Under the pieces are notes generated by a model, which saw only the letters and a program-made list of their open reading frames with translations, ran no database searches and had not been told where the DNA came from. 24,370 bases of DNA, from the NCBI GenBank assembly GCA_038279365.1, contig JAYODI010000081.1, positions 1,409 to 25,778 of the forward strand. Direction: 5' to 3'. Made by a program: the position numbers and the translations under genes. The stretch comes from Candidatus Latescibacterota bacterium (GTDB lineage Bacteria > Latescibacterota > UBA2968). This document shows, one piece after another, positions 1 to 8,984 of the stretch (position 1 is its first letter; the number at the start of each line of letters is the position of its first letter).

Positions 1-69
1 TGGTTTTTGAAAGATTGATATGTTATGTTGCTGATGCTTGGCTTTGAAGATCATGCCATTGTCAGTGTA

Positions 70-348
70 CAGAAAGAACCTCAAAGCGTGTGAATTTGAG
101 GTTCTTTTTTTATTTGCCGTTTGATTTCGCATTTATTGTTAGGGATACGGAACTGGCCAGCCGGGTTTGCCACCCCGTATCCCGTTTCCTGCCAAAGCAG
201 GAAATATAATCATGCCCGCGTTTTGCCAGAAGGCAGCTCAGATAAACCAAACGCTATGGTGTGTCGGAATGGGTATGCTTGGGTGATTTTTTTTCTTGTT
301 AAACCCGATCTGATTCCAGTCGGGTTAATCCTGCCATTTTTATTTGCC
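70..348 (-). ncRNA. Candidate sigma-54-dependent structured small RNA (or structured leader), ~275 nt
   Basis: Bounded by a -24/-12 promoter (359-374, minus strand) and the hairpin at 73-107. Contains several hairpins (142-183, 185-204, 224-235, 302-326) and 7 GGCA copies. No convincing ORF with an RBS. Confidence 0.45.
73..111. terminator. Intrinsic terminator hairpin, probably bidirectional
   Basis: Perfect 13-bp inverted repeat AAAGAACCTCAAA (73-85) / TTTGAGGTTCTTT (95-107) with a 9-nt loop. A T-run follows on +, and TTCTTTCT on -. Confidence 0.8.
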
Positions 349-358
349 TTTTTATAAG

Positions 359-374
359 GCAAGGTCTGTGCCAA
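359..374 (-). promoter_or_regulatory. Sigma-54 (RpoN) -24/-12 promoter
   Basis: Minus strand reads TTGGCACAGACCTTGC, matching the consensus YTGGCAC-N5-TTGC with exact GG-N10-GC spacing. Predicted start near 347. Confidence 0.7.
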
Positions 375-402
375 TATATTTTTTACAATGTTATATAGGC
401 CA

Positions 403-415
403 TAACTGATTGTTA
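403..415. promoter_or_regulatory. IHF-like binding site upstream of the sigma-54 promoter
   Basis: TAACTGATTGTTA differs by one base from YAANNNNTTGATW. It lies in an AT-rich tract about 56-68 bp upstream of the predicted start, close to where IHF sites occur at sigma-54 promoters. Confidence 0.4.
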
Positions 416-526
416 TATTTTTCTTTATGGTGTTTTGGGAGTTTCTTGGTTTATGGAGGAAGCCTGTGACGCTCTACTGATAAATTAAGAGTGGTCTATT
501 GAATACATGAGTTATGGGCTTCGCTC

Positions 527-555
527 TTGCGTTTGTGTGCATGTCTATCTACATT
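527..555 (+). promoter_or_regulatory. Possible sigma-70 promoter for uvrB
   Basis: TTGCGT (527-532), 17-bp spacer, TACATT (550-555). An alternative extended -10 (TGGTATGAT) lies near 566-574. Confidence 0.3.
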
Positions 556-624
556 AGAATAGGTGTGGTATGATATCGACAGGCCTGTATTTTGGAAATG
601 AGCCATTTTGTGAAAGGAGTGGGT

Positions 625-2625
625 ATGCCAAGGTTTGAGGTGGTGTCACCTTATGAACCCGCAGGCGATCAACCGCAAGCCATTTCGGAGTTGGTTGAAG
701 GCATTCGGCGTGGGGCGCATTATCAGACATTGTTGGGGGCAACAGGAACGGGCAAGACTTTTACGATGTCAAAGGTGATTGAGGCGGTTCAAAAACCCAC
801 TTTGGTGATTTCGCACAATAAAACGTTGGCGGCACAGCTCTATGGTGAATTTCGAAATTTTTTCCCCAACAATGCCGTAGAATATTTCATTTCTTATTAC
901 GATTATTATCAGCCCGAAGCCTATAAACCTGTAACAGATACGTATATCGAAAAAGAATCTGATGTAAATGATGAGATCAATCGGTTGCGGTTGCGTGCCA
1001 CAAGTGCTTTGATGGAGCGGCAAGATGTGGTGATTGTGGCCAGTGTGTCGTGTATTTATGGGATAGGAAACCCCGAAGAATATGAAGGCCACTTGGTGTT
1101 TTTGGACAAAGGTGCCGAGATGGATCGCGATGCATTGTTGCGCAAGTTGGTCGATATTCATTTTACGCGCAATGATGTGGCTTTTGAACGCAGTACTTTT
1201 CGGGTGCGTGGTGATGTGGTTGAAATTTTTCCTCCCGAACGTGAGCATCCTTTTCGCATTGAGTTTTTTGGTGACGAAATTGATGCATTGAGCGAAATTC
1301 ATGAAGTCACGGGTGAGGTGATTGGCGAGCGGGATCGCGTGGTGATATATCCGGCCAAGCATTTTGTGACCAGTGGCAACCGCATCGAAAAAGCCATTGC
1401 GCGCATAGAGGTCGATTTGGCAAAGCAGTTGGAAATGTTTAAGGATCAAAATAAGTTGTTGGAAGCACAACGATTGGAAACTCGTACCCGATATGATATT
1501 GAGATGATGCGAGAAATTGGGTTTTGCCAAGGTATTGAAAATTATTCTCGTTATATTGACGGGCGAAAACCCGGTGAAGCCCCTTATGTGTTGCTTGATT
1601 ATTTTGCGGATGACTTTTTGGTGATTGTTGATGAGTCTCATGTGACCATTCCTCAAATACGTGGTATGTGGAATGGGGATCGGTCACGAAAAGAGATGCT
1701 TATTGAACACGGTTTTCGATTGCCGGGTGCATTGGACAACCGCCCGTTGTATTTTGAAGAGTTTGAGAAAAAGGCCAAGCAATTGGTGTTTTTATCGGCG
1801 ACACCTGCCGATTATGAATTGGAAAAGTGTGAGGGCGTGGTGGTTGAGCAGGTGATTCGTCCCACAGGGTTGCTCGACCCACAAATGGAAGTGCGCCCCG
1901 TGCGTGGGCAGGTGGATGACTTAATTGAAGAGACCCGTTTGCGCGTGATGAAAGGCGACCGTGTATTGGTCACAACATTGACCAAGCGCATGGCCGAAGA
2001 CTTGTCTGAGTATATGCGTGAATTGGGCATTCGGGCACGGTATATGCATTCGGATGTGGATTCGATTGAACGTGTGGAGATTATTCGCGATTTGCGTTTG
2101 GGTGAGTTTGATGTGCTGGTGGGCGTGAACTTGTTGCGTGAAGGTTTGGACTTGCCAGAAGTGTCTTTGGTGGCCATTTTGGATGCCGATAAAGAAGGCT
2201 TTTTGCGGTCTGAACGGTCATTGATCCAGACATCAGGGCGTGCAGCACGCAATGCAGATGGATTGGTGATTATGTATGCCGATAAGATTACCAATTCGAT
2301 GCAAAGGGCCATTGATGAGACCAACAGGCGTCGCGAAGTGCAAATGGCTTATAATGAGGAACACGGCATTACACCACGAACGATTTACAAAACCAAAGAA
2401 GAAATTATGCAGTCTACCATGGTCGCCGATGAAAAAGCCGAAGAATTGCCAATGGCAGCGGAGGCTTCTGAAGATTATTTGGTGGGCACAAACAAACTCG
2501 ATTTGTTGGAAGAATTGACACGTAAAATGGGTAAGGCAGCTGAAAATCTGGAATTTGAAAAGGCTGCCCAATTGCGTGATGAGATCGCGCGTCTAAAAGA
2601 ACAGATGCGAGAACAAAGTGCTTAA
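625..2625 (+). CDS. uvrB: Excinuclease ABC subunit B
   Basis: PAGDQPQAI, Walker A GATGTGKT, beta-hairpin [33 protein letters not shown] and a C-terminal UVR domain ([11 protein letters not shown]). Start moved to ATG 625 behind an AGGAG RBS. Confidence 0.98.
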   Translation: MPRFEVVSPYEPAGDQPQAISELVEGIRRGAHYQTLLGATGTGKTFTMSKVIEAVQKPTLVISHNKTLAAQLYGEFRNFFPNNAVEYFISYYDYYQPEAYKPVTDTYIEKESDVNDEINRLRLRATSALMERQDVVIVASVSCIYGIGNPEEYEGHLVFLDKGAEMDRDALLRKLVDIHFTRNDVAFERSTFRVRGDVVEIFPPEREHPFRIEFFGDEIDALSEIHEVTGEVIGERDRVVIYPAKHFVTSGNRIEKAIARIEVDLAKQLEMFKDQNKLLEAQRLETRTRYDIEMMREIGFCQGIENYSRYIDGRKPGEAPYVLLDYFADDFLVIVDESHVTIPQIRGMWNGDRSRKEMLIEHGFRLPGALDNRPLYFEEFEKKAKQLVFLSATPADYELEKCEGVVVEQVIRPTGLLDPQMEVRPVRGQVDDLIEETRLRVMKGDRVLVTTLTKRMAEDLSEYMRELGIRARYMHSDVDSIERVEIIRDLRLGEFDVLVGVNLLREGLDLPEVSLVAILDADKEGFLRSERSLIQTSGRAARNADGLVIMYADKITNSMQRAIDETNRRREVQMAYNEEHGITPRTIYKTKEEIMQSTMVADEKAEELPMAAEASEDYLVGTNKLDLLEELTRKMGKAAENLEFEKAAQLRDEIARLKEQMREQSA

Positions 2626-2755
2626 AGAAATGCCTGCATTAGCCGGAGCGATTGCGGTTGAAATTATTTGTTATGAGAAGAAAAAAGATGGTGTTACATT
2701 CGAAACTTCTTCAACTTGAATGGAGTTGTCTAACAATAAAAGGGGTTCTTGTTAC

Positions 2756-3610
2756 ATGTTAAAGTGGGATGAAGTGATTGATGTGATTGATCGGGCATTA
2801 AACGAAGATGTGCGCGATGGTGATGTGACCACGCTTTGGACCATTCCTGCAACAAAGCAGGCCAAGGCCAACTTTATTGCCCGAGTGGATGGTGTGGTTG
2901 CGGGTTTGGATGTGGCAAGGTGGGTGTTTGAACGTGTAGATGATACGATTGTGTTTGAAGCGCGTATGCAAGATGGTGATGTGGTACAACCTGGCGATGT
3001 GATGGCCGTGGTGTCTGGTTCTGCGCGCGGGTTATTAACTGCAGAACGCACAGCTTTAAATTTTATGCAACGCATGTCGGGCATTGCAACGATGACGGCG
3101 CAATTTGTAAAGGAGACACAAGGAACAAATGCGCGCATTTTGGATACGCGAAAGACAGCACCCGGTATGCGTGTGTTGGATAAGTATGCGGTGGTGGCAG
3201 GAGGGGGTGTGAATCATCGCATTGGCTTATTTGATATGGTGTTAATTAAAGAAAATCATATTGAGGCCGCCGATGGCATTGGGCCTGCTGTTATGGCGGT
3301 TAGAAAAGGCATGGCACAAGATGGGCGCCAGGTGAAGATTGAAGTTGAGGTTGAAAATCTCAAAGAGTTGGAAGAAGTACTTTTGGTAGAAGTGGACCAA
3401 GTGATGTTGGACAATATGAGTTTGGATGAGATGCGTCAGGCCGTGGAACGGGTTTCGATGTGGGCAGGCTCAAAACCTACATTGGAAGCATCGGGCGATG
3501 TGTCTTTGGCGCGGGTAAGAGAAATTGCACAAACGGGTGTGGATTTTATTTCTGTGGGGGCATTAACCCATTCCGTAAAGGCCTTGAATATCAGTATGTT
3601 GTTTCGTTAA
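2756..3610 (+). CDS. nadC: Nicotinate-nucleotide pyrophosphorylase (quinolinate phosphoribosyltransferase)
   Basis: EDVRDGDVTT, LTAERTALN, SGIAT, DTRKTAPG, NHRIGL, IKENH, EVEV, MLDNM, EASG, ISVGALTHS. Likely start ATG 2756. Confidence 0.96.
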   Translation: MLKWDEVIDVIDRALNEDVRDGDVTTLWTIPATKQAKANFIARVDGVVAGLDVARWVFERVDDTIVFEARMQDGDVVQPGDVMAVVSGSARGLLTAERTALNFMQRMSGIATMTAQFVKETQGTNARILDTRKTAPGMRVLDKYAVVAGGGVNHRIGLFDMVLIKENHIEAADGIGPAVMAVRKGMAQDGRQVKIEVEVENLKELEEVLLVEVDQVMLDNMSLDEMRQAVERVSMWAGSKPTLEASGDVSLARVREIAQTGVDFISVGALTHSVKALNISMLFR

Positions 3611-3723
3611 ATGATGCCCATTCATAAGACAATTGTTGGGGATGGTCTATTTTGCGTTGAAGGATGAGACGGGTAGCGTAGAAATTTGAGGCGTTGCCCG
3701 CTTTTTATTGTGGGGATGTGATT

Positions 3724-4461
3724 ATGTGCACGATGTCTTGGGTATATCACGATGAGGGGTATGAGATGTATTTTAATCGCGATGAGACAAAGGCGCGGTT
3801 AATCGCTTATCCACCCAAAATGTGTACAGAGATGGGTGTGTCATTTATTGCGCCGATTGATGCCGATGCTGGGGGCACTTGGATGGGTGTGAATGCATTT
3901 GGTGTGTCTGTTTGTTTGCTCAATGGTCTTGGGCATGTTGATCCTGAACGCACAGATTATGTCAGTCGGGGGGCTCTGGTTATGTCTCTTTTGACCGTTT
4001 CTGGAAGTGCGATGGTTGAAAAAAAAATAGCTCAGATGGATTTAACCGTGTATCGGCCATTTTCGTTGGTCATTTTAGAACCTACCCAATCTGTTGTGGC
4101 TTGGGTTTGGGATGGGGTTGCTATCTGGTTGGACACACATATTTCGGCCCCATTGATTTCTTCTTCATTTCGGTTAAAAGATGTGGAAAAAAACAGAAAA
4201 GAGTTGTTTCATCGTTTAAATTTGGCACAAACAAACAGGTTAGAGGATTATCACCGAAGCCATGAGCCAGAGGCAGGACCTTTTTCTGTGTGTATGCATC
4301 GCGATGATGCACATACGGTAAGTTTGAGCAAGGTGGTGGTGACTGCTCAACAGATTCATTTTTATTATGCCCCAGGTTTGCCCTGCCAAACGGACTTCTT
4401 GCCTCCTATGACCCTGTCTCGTTTTATGGGCGCTGGAAGTCACGGTTTGATGGATGGTTAA
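3724..4461 (+). CDS. NRDE/TANGO2 family protein (Ntn-hydrolase-like, N-terminal Cys)
   Basis: MCT start followed by NRDE, GGTW, LLNG and SRG motifs. True start taken as ATG 3724. Confidence 0.88.
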   Translation: MCTMSWVYHDEGYEMYFNRDETKARLIAYPPKMCTEMGVSFIAPIDADAGGTWMGVNAFGVSVCLLNGLGHVDPERTDYVSRGALVMSLLTVSGSAMVEKKIAQMDLTVYRPFSLVILEPTQSVVAWVWDGVAIWLDTHISAPLISSSFRLKDVEKNRKELFHRLNLAQTNRLEDYHRSHEPEAGPFSVCMHRDDAHTVSLSKVVVTAQQIHFYYAPGLPCQTDFLPPMTLSRFMGAGSHGLMDG

Positions 4462-4640
4462 AGGTATCTATACCGTTTAAGATTTGTTTGGATTATGGGG
4501 CAAAGGTGTGTAGTTTTCTTGTAACAGTCAGATAGGTAAGGACGATTGATTTGGTGAAGCTCTGAACCCGTTCATTGTTTGTGATATATTAAGTGAAATG
4601 ATCAGGACGTTTTCACTTAACATTTATATAGAGTGTTTTT

Positions 4641-5435
4641 ATGCGCAAATTACGCTTAATCAGGCGATTGGTGCTCTTTTTTGTTGGCATCATGCTCATC
4701 TATTTCATTATTGTCGTGGGGCGTACGGTTTGTCAACTTCGCGGGCGATCGTGGATGGGGTGGCGCAATCGGTGGGTGCGCTTTTGGGCGCGGTATTCCA
4801 TTTGGTTAACGGGAGGTACGCTCAAGGTTATTGGAACGCCTCCCAAACCGCCGTTTGTGTTGGTGAGCAATCATTTGACATATATTGATGTGGCGGCATT
4901 TTTTGCGTCTGTAAACAGTGTGTTTGTGTCGAAGCAGGAAGTGAGATCGTGGCCTATTTTGGGCACCATTGTTGCTGGTGTGAATACGATTTTTGTAGAC
5001 CGTTCGCGCCGAAGTGATGTGGTGCGTGTCAATCAACTCATTGCTGAACAAATAGATGAGCACAAAGGGTTGATCATTTTTCCTGAAGGCACCAGTACAG
5101 AAGGGGCAGAGGTGTTGCCATTTAAACCCTCACTGTTGGCTTTTCCTGCAAGTCAGGGCTTGCCTGTTCATTATGCCAATATTACTTATCGTACGCCACC
5201 TGGTGAGATACCTGCACATATTGCCTTGTGTTGGGCGGTCAATGGGGATCCATTTTTGACCCATTTGTTTCGGTTTTTTGGTATCGTGTCATACGAAATT
5301 GAAGTAAGATATGGTGCAGAACCCGTTATAGAGTCGGATCGGAAGATTTTGGCTGATGTGCTTTATAAACGCGTGTGTGACGCGTTTATACCCAGTGTGG
5401 CGAAGGAACCAGAATGTCAAACGCCTCTCTCGTGA
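4641..5435 (+). CDS. Lysophospholipid acyltransferase family protein (PlsC-like)
   Basis: HxxxxD motif NHLTYID, FVSK, FVDR, FPEGT, PFK and an N-terminal hydrophobic helix. Confidence 0.9.
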   Translation: MRKLRLIRRLVLFFVGIMLIYFIIVVGRTVCQLRGRSWMGWRNRWVRFWARYSIWLTGGTLKVIGTPPKPPFVLVSNHLTYIDVAAFFASVNSVFVSKQEVRSWPILGTIVAGVNTIFVDRSRRSDVVRVNQLIAEQIDEHKGLIIFPEGTSTEGAEVLPFKPSLLAFPASQGLPVHYANITYRTPPGEIPAHIALCWAVNGDPFLTHLFRFFGIVSYEIEVRYGAEPVIESDRKILADVLYKRVCDAFIPSVAKEPECQTPLS

Positions 5436-5917
5436 TTTTGGACAGTCTCCATTTTTTGGAACAAGGTGCTTTGGTTTTAAAGAAGATGGATGATGCCGTG
5501 TATGAATGTTTGGAACCTCCTTTTGAACAAGGAGGTATTGGACGGCATATGCGGCATGTATTGGATCATTTTGCTTTGTTTTGTGATGGGGTGGAAGAGG
5601 GTGTAATTGATTATGACGACCGCGCGCGCGACAAAGGGGTGGAACAAAGTCGATTGCGTGCACTGCGTTTGTTTGATGGATTGAGGGAAAAACTGGATGT
5701 GTGGACTGGCGGATCTCCCAATTTGGAGGATGGGCTAAGGGTTCGGCACAACGGTACGTGGTGTTTGTCGAGTGTGGGGCGTGAGCTTCAGCATTTGATC
5801 AATCACACGGTACATCATTATGCATTTGTTGCACTGATTTTGCGCTTGAAGGGTGTGGATGTAGAGGGTGATTTTGGTGTGGCACCGTCAACATTGCAGG
5901 CACAAATGGAAAAGTAG
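5414..5917 (+). CDS. DinB family protein
   Basis: GRHMRHVLDH, IDYDDRAR, RELQHLINHTVHH and FGVAPST, typical His-triad DinB subfamily motifs. Overlaps the end of the PlsC-like gene. Confidence 0.85.
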   Translation: MSNASLVILDSLHFLEQGALVLKKMDDAVYECLEPPFEQGGIGRHMRHVLDHFALFCDGVEEGVIDYDDRARDKGVEQSRLRALRLFDGLREKLDVWTGGSPNLEDGLRVRHNGTWCLSSVGRELQHLINHTVHHYAFVALILRLKGVDVEGDFGVAPSTLQAQMEK

Positions 5918-5922
5918 AAAGA

Positions 5923-5949
5923 TGCCCCCAGGGGCAGGTTTTTTGTTTT
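5923..5949 (+). terminator. Possible weak intrinsic terminator after the DinB gene
   Basis: TGCCC-CCAG-GGGCA hairpin followed by GGTTTTTTGTTTT. Confidence 0.4.
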
Positions 5950-6028
5950 GGGTTTGCAGGTTTGGGCGTCTTGTTATACTTTTGATGGCAATAGATATTT
6001 TGTTCATTGGTTTTGAGGAGTACACGTT

Positions 6029-6523
6029 GTGGCTGACGCGTCCGTTTTTCCTGTAATGATTGAGATTCCCAAAGGGAGTCGCAATAAATACGAATATGAC
6101 CCCGACCGGCGGGCCCTCAAGTTTGATCGTATGTTGTTTTCATCGATGCATTATCCCAGCGATTATGGTTTTTTCCCTGATACCTTGTCTGAAGATGGTG
6201 ACCCATTAGATGCTTTGGTTTTGGTGTGGGAGCCGACATTTCCGGGCTGTTTGATTGAGGTGAAGCCTGTGGGGGTGTTTAAGATGCGGGATGAAAAAGG
6301 TCCTGATGAAAAGATTTTGTGTGTACCGATTACCGATCCTTTGTGGAATCATATTGAAAGATTAAAAGATGTGCCCCCACATTTATTAAAAGAGATTGAG
6401 CACTTTTTTACGGTGTATAAGGATTTAGAACGCAAAAAGGTGACGGTGGATGGTTGGGAAGATAAAAATGTTGCTTTGAGATTGATCAAGGAATCACAAA
6501 AAAGAGGGCGTGAATATTTTTAA
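6029..6523 (+). CDS. ppa: Family I soluble inorganic pyrophosphatase
   Basis: IEIPKGSRNKYEYD, YPSDYGF, EDGDPLD signature, DEKGPDEK, HFFTVYKDLE. GTG start with GAGGAG RBS. Confidence 0.96.
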   Translation: MADASVFPVMIEIPKGSRNKYEYDPDRRALKFDRMLFSSMHYPSDYGFFPDTLSEDGDPLDALVLVWEPTFPGCLIEVKPVGVFKMRDEKGPDEKILCVPITDPLWNHIERLKDVPPHLLKEIEHFFTVYKDLERKKVTVDGWEDKNVALRLIKESQKRGREYF

Positions 6524-6543
6524 GGGTGGACAAATATTAGATG

Positions 6544-6587
6544 AATCCCCTACTTAAACAGTTTTGTTAGGTAGGGGATTTGTTTTT
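6544..6587 (+). terminator. Intrinsic terminator after ppa
   Basis: AATCCCCTACTTAA (6544-6557) / TTAGGTAGGGGATT (6567-6580), one G-U pair, followed by TGTTTTT. Confidence 0.8.
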
Positions 6588-6686
6588 ATATCAATGTTTT
6601 ATGAAAAAACGATTACGTAAAGAAAGATTTGTATAAGGGTGGGCATTGTATTTGTTGTTTTACATATAGATCGCTTTAAAATTCTC

Positions 6687-6715
6687 TTGAATTTTATCTA
6701 AGATCTCAGTAATAT
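6687..6715 (+). promoter_or_regulatory. Putative sigma-70 promoter of the apionate operon
   Basis: TTGAAT (6687-6692), 17-bp spacer, TAATAT (6710-6715), preceded by an AT-rich tract. Confidence 0.45.
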
Positions 6716-6934
6716 CTCAGGTCTTGTGAGGGATGGTTTAGATGCCTTGGTTGGTGGTGGGGGCATTTTCAAGACCCGTACAACCCGCCAAGCGTATATC
6801 CACAACGGGCACTTCGGTTTTGGGTGGCGAACGGTGCCAACTGTGTGCACCTTTTGAGGGTCACGCTGTCTTCATCTCTTAATAAGCAATGGGCGACTTC
6901 TTTCAATAAAAGGTCAAAGATTGAGGGGTTTGTT

Positions 6935-8905
6935 ATGAGCAACTATGTGCAATATTACGGTGTGGATGTGCCTCCTTTAGAACCGATCAAACTGAGTGCT
7001 GGGCCGGTTTCGATGATTTTTGAACCCGCGTTGGGATTTTTGCGGTATATCAAGTTGGGCAATCGCGAGATTTTGCGTGGGCTGTATGTGGCGGTGCGCG
7101 ATCACAACTGGGGTACGGTTGCACCTCAAGTAGACAATGTGCAAGTTGATGATTTGGGTGATGGTTTTGTGTTGACATTTGATGTGTCGTGTGTGTTGCG
7201 CAATATTGATTTTTTTTGGCGGGGGCGTATTACGGGTGATGTAGATGGAACAGTGGTTTATGAAATGGAAGGTGAAGCGCGTTCTACATTTATGCGCAAT
7301 CGCATCGGTTTTTGTGTTTTGCACGCGCCTTCGGCTTGTGCAGGCGATGCATGTGTGATCGAAAAGGCAGATGGTTTGTGTGAAGAAGGCCATTTCCCCA
7401 GTGATATTTCTCCCCACCAACCGTTTGTGGATATGAAGGCCATTGCTCACGAAGTGATTCCGGGTGTGAAAGCACGGGTTGCTTTTGAAGGTGATGTGTT
7501 TGAGATGGAAGATCAGCGCAATTGGACAGATGCGTCTTACAAAACGTATTGCACACCGCTTGGTTTGCCTTTTCCTGTGGAGGTGAAAAAGGGTGAGAAG
7601 GTGCAGCAGTCGGTAAGACTTTCGCTTGAGGGCGATGTATCAGGTGTTTTGCCTGTGGATGATGGGGGTGTGGTCACATTTCGCGCAACGGGCGACGGGG
7701 CTCTGAAATTGCCAGATATTGGCTTGGGTGTGGCCAGTCATGGGCAAGAACTGAGCGATACTGAAATAGCGCGTTTGCAAGTTTTAAATATGTCGCATGT
7801 GCGTGTGGATTTGCATCTGTCGGCACAGGGGTGGCGTGAGGCATTGGAGCGGGCCGTAAAGGATGCTACCGCTTTGGGGGTGGCGTTGGAAGTGGCCCTT
7901 TATGTGAGTGACCAGGCACAAGCAGAGTTGACGGCGTTGGCAGAGGCGTTGGCAAATGCCAACCCCCAGGTGGCGCGTTGGTTTGTGTTTCACAAAGGTG
8001 AAAAGGCGACATCGTCTGGGTGGATGAAGTTGGCACGTGCGGTATTGAAAAAGTATGATACACATCCGCCTTTGGGCGGTGGGGCACCGGCGTATTTTAC
8101 AGAACTCAATCGCAACAGACCGCCCGTAGAAGATTTGGAGTGTGTGGTTTATTCGCTCAACCCACAGGTACACGCATTTGATAATGCGTCGTTGATAGAA
8201 ACCTTGCAAGCTCAAAAGTGGACGGTAGACAGCGCAAAGACTTTTGTGGGCAAATTGCCTATTTCTGTTTCGCCCGTGACGTTTCGCCCACGGTTTAATC
8301 CAAATGCCACGGGTGGCACAGAAGAAACGAATGACGGACATTTGCCATCGCAGGTGGATCCTCGGCAGATGTCTCTTTTTGGTGCTGGGTGGACATTGGG
8401 TTCATTGAAGTATTTGTGTGAGGCGGGAGTGCGCAGCGTGACATATTTTGAAACATCGGGTTGGCGTGGGGTGCAAGAGACCGCCAATGGATCACCTGAG
8501 CCAGGTTTGTTTCCTTCCAAACCCGCATCGGTGTTTCCCCTGTATCATACGTTGGCCTATTTTGGTGGTATGAGAGCCGGTGAGATCGTGCCCTCTTTAT
8601 CCAGTGACACATTGCGCGTTGAAGGTGCCATTTTGCGCCAAGGCCATTGGGTGCGGTTTTTGATTGCGAATCTCACGGCTCAAGAACAGACGGTGTGTGT
8701 GTCTTATTCTGGGCTATTGGGGTCGGTGCGCGTTGAAGTGATGGATGAACGCTATTTTGAAGAAGCAACCGAAAACCCGGAGCGATTTCGCATTCGCAAG
8801 ACGGAAGAACAAGGTGTGGTGATTGTAGGGGTTGAACATGAAGGATTTGAACTGACACTCAAACCCTTTGCGATGGTGTGTGCAAAAGGAACAACAAAAG
8901 AATAG
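6935..8905 (+). CDS. apnL: D-apionate lactonase-like protein
   Basis: ~656 aa with VRDHNWGT, NRIGFCVLH, FEMEDQRNWTDASYKTY, FTELNRNRPP and VDPRQ, motifs I associate with ApnL-type proteins. Co-located with apnO, oiaK and the RLP. ATG 6935 follows GAGGGG. Confidence 0.7.
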   Translation: MSNYVQYYGVDVPPLEPIKLSAGPVSMIFEPALGFLRYIKLGNREILRGLYVAVRDHNWGTVAPQVDNVQVDDLGDGFVLTFDVSCVLRNIDFFWRGRITGDVDGTVVYEMEGEARSTFMRNRIGFCVLHAPSACAGDACVIEKADGLCEEGHFPSDISPHQPFVDMKAIAHEVIPGVKARVAFEGDVFEMEDQRNWTDASYKTYCTPLGLPFPVEVKKGEKVQQSVRLSLEGDVSGVLPVDDGGVVTFRATGDGALKLPDIGLGVASHGQELSDTEIARLQVLNMSHVRVDLHLSAQGWREALERAVKDATALGVALEVALYVSDQAQAELTALAEALANANPQVARWFVFHKGEKATSSGWMKLARAVLKKYDTHPPLGGGAPAYFTELNRNRPPVEDLECVVYSLNPQVHAFDNASLIETLQAQKWTVDSAKTFVGKLPISVSPVTFRPRFNPNATGGTEETNDGHLPSQVDPRQMSLFGAGWTLGSLKYLCEAGVRSVTYFETSGWRGVQETANGSPEPGLFPSKPASVFPLYHTLAYFGGMRAGEIVPSLSSDTLRVEGAILRQGHWVRFLIANLTAQEQTVCVSYSGLLGSVRVEVMDERYFEEATENPERFRIRKTEEQGVVIVGVEHEGFELTLKPFAMVCAKGTTKE

Positions 8906-8984
8906 TGGTTTGAAATGTCGTTTCGTTAGGCAGAATTTTTTTGAGTGAGTACCCGATCAATGTGATGCATGGGAATGGTGCTTT

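Noticed and set aside
140-240. Possible c-di-GMP-I riboswitch (GGCAAACC on the minus strand)
   Set aside because: The downstream GAAA-loop stem and GACGCAAAGC-like elements are missing.
299-337. 12-codon minus-strand mini-ORF MAGLTRLESDRV near the start of the candidate RNA
   Set aside because: No Shine-Dalgarno sequence and mostly inside a hairpin. It cannot be supported without ribosome profiling.
121-357. 78-aa plus-strand ORF upstream of uvrB
   Set aside because: TTG start with no RBS and no recognisable motifs. It overlaps the hairpin-rich region better explained by a minus-strand RNA.
769-1656. 295-aa antisense ORF in uvrB, and the many other short or antisense ORFs in the track
   Set aside because: Shadow ORFs of well-supported plus-strand genes, with no independent motifs.
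6824-6934. 37-aa N-terminal extension of the ApnL-like ORF
   Set aside because: GTG 6824 lacks a clear RBS, while ATG 6935 follows a G-rich RBS-like element.
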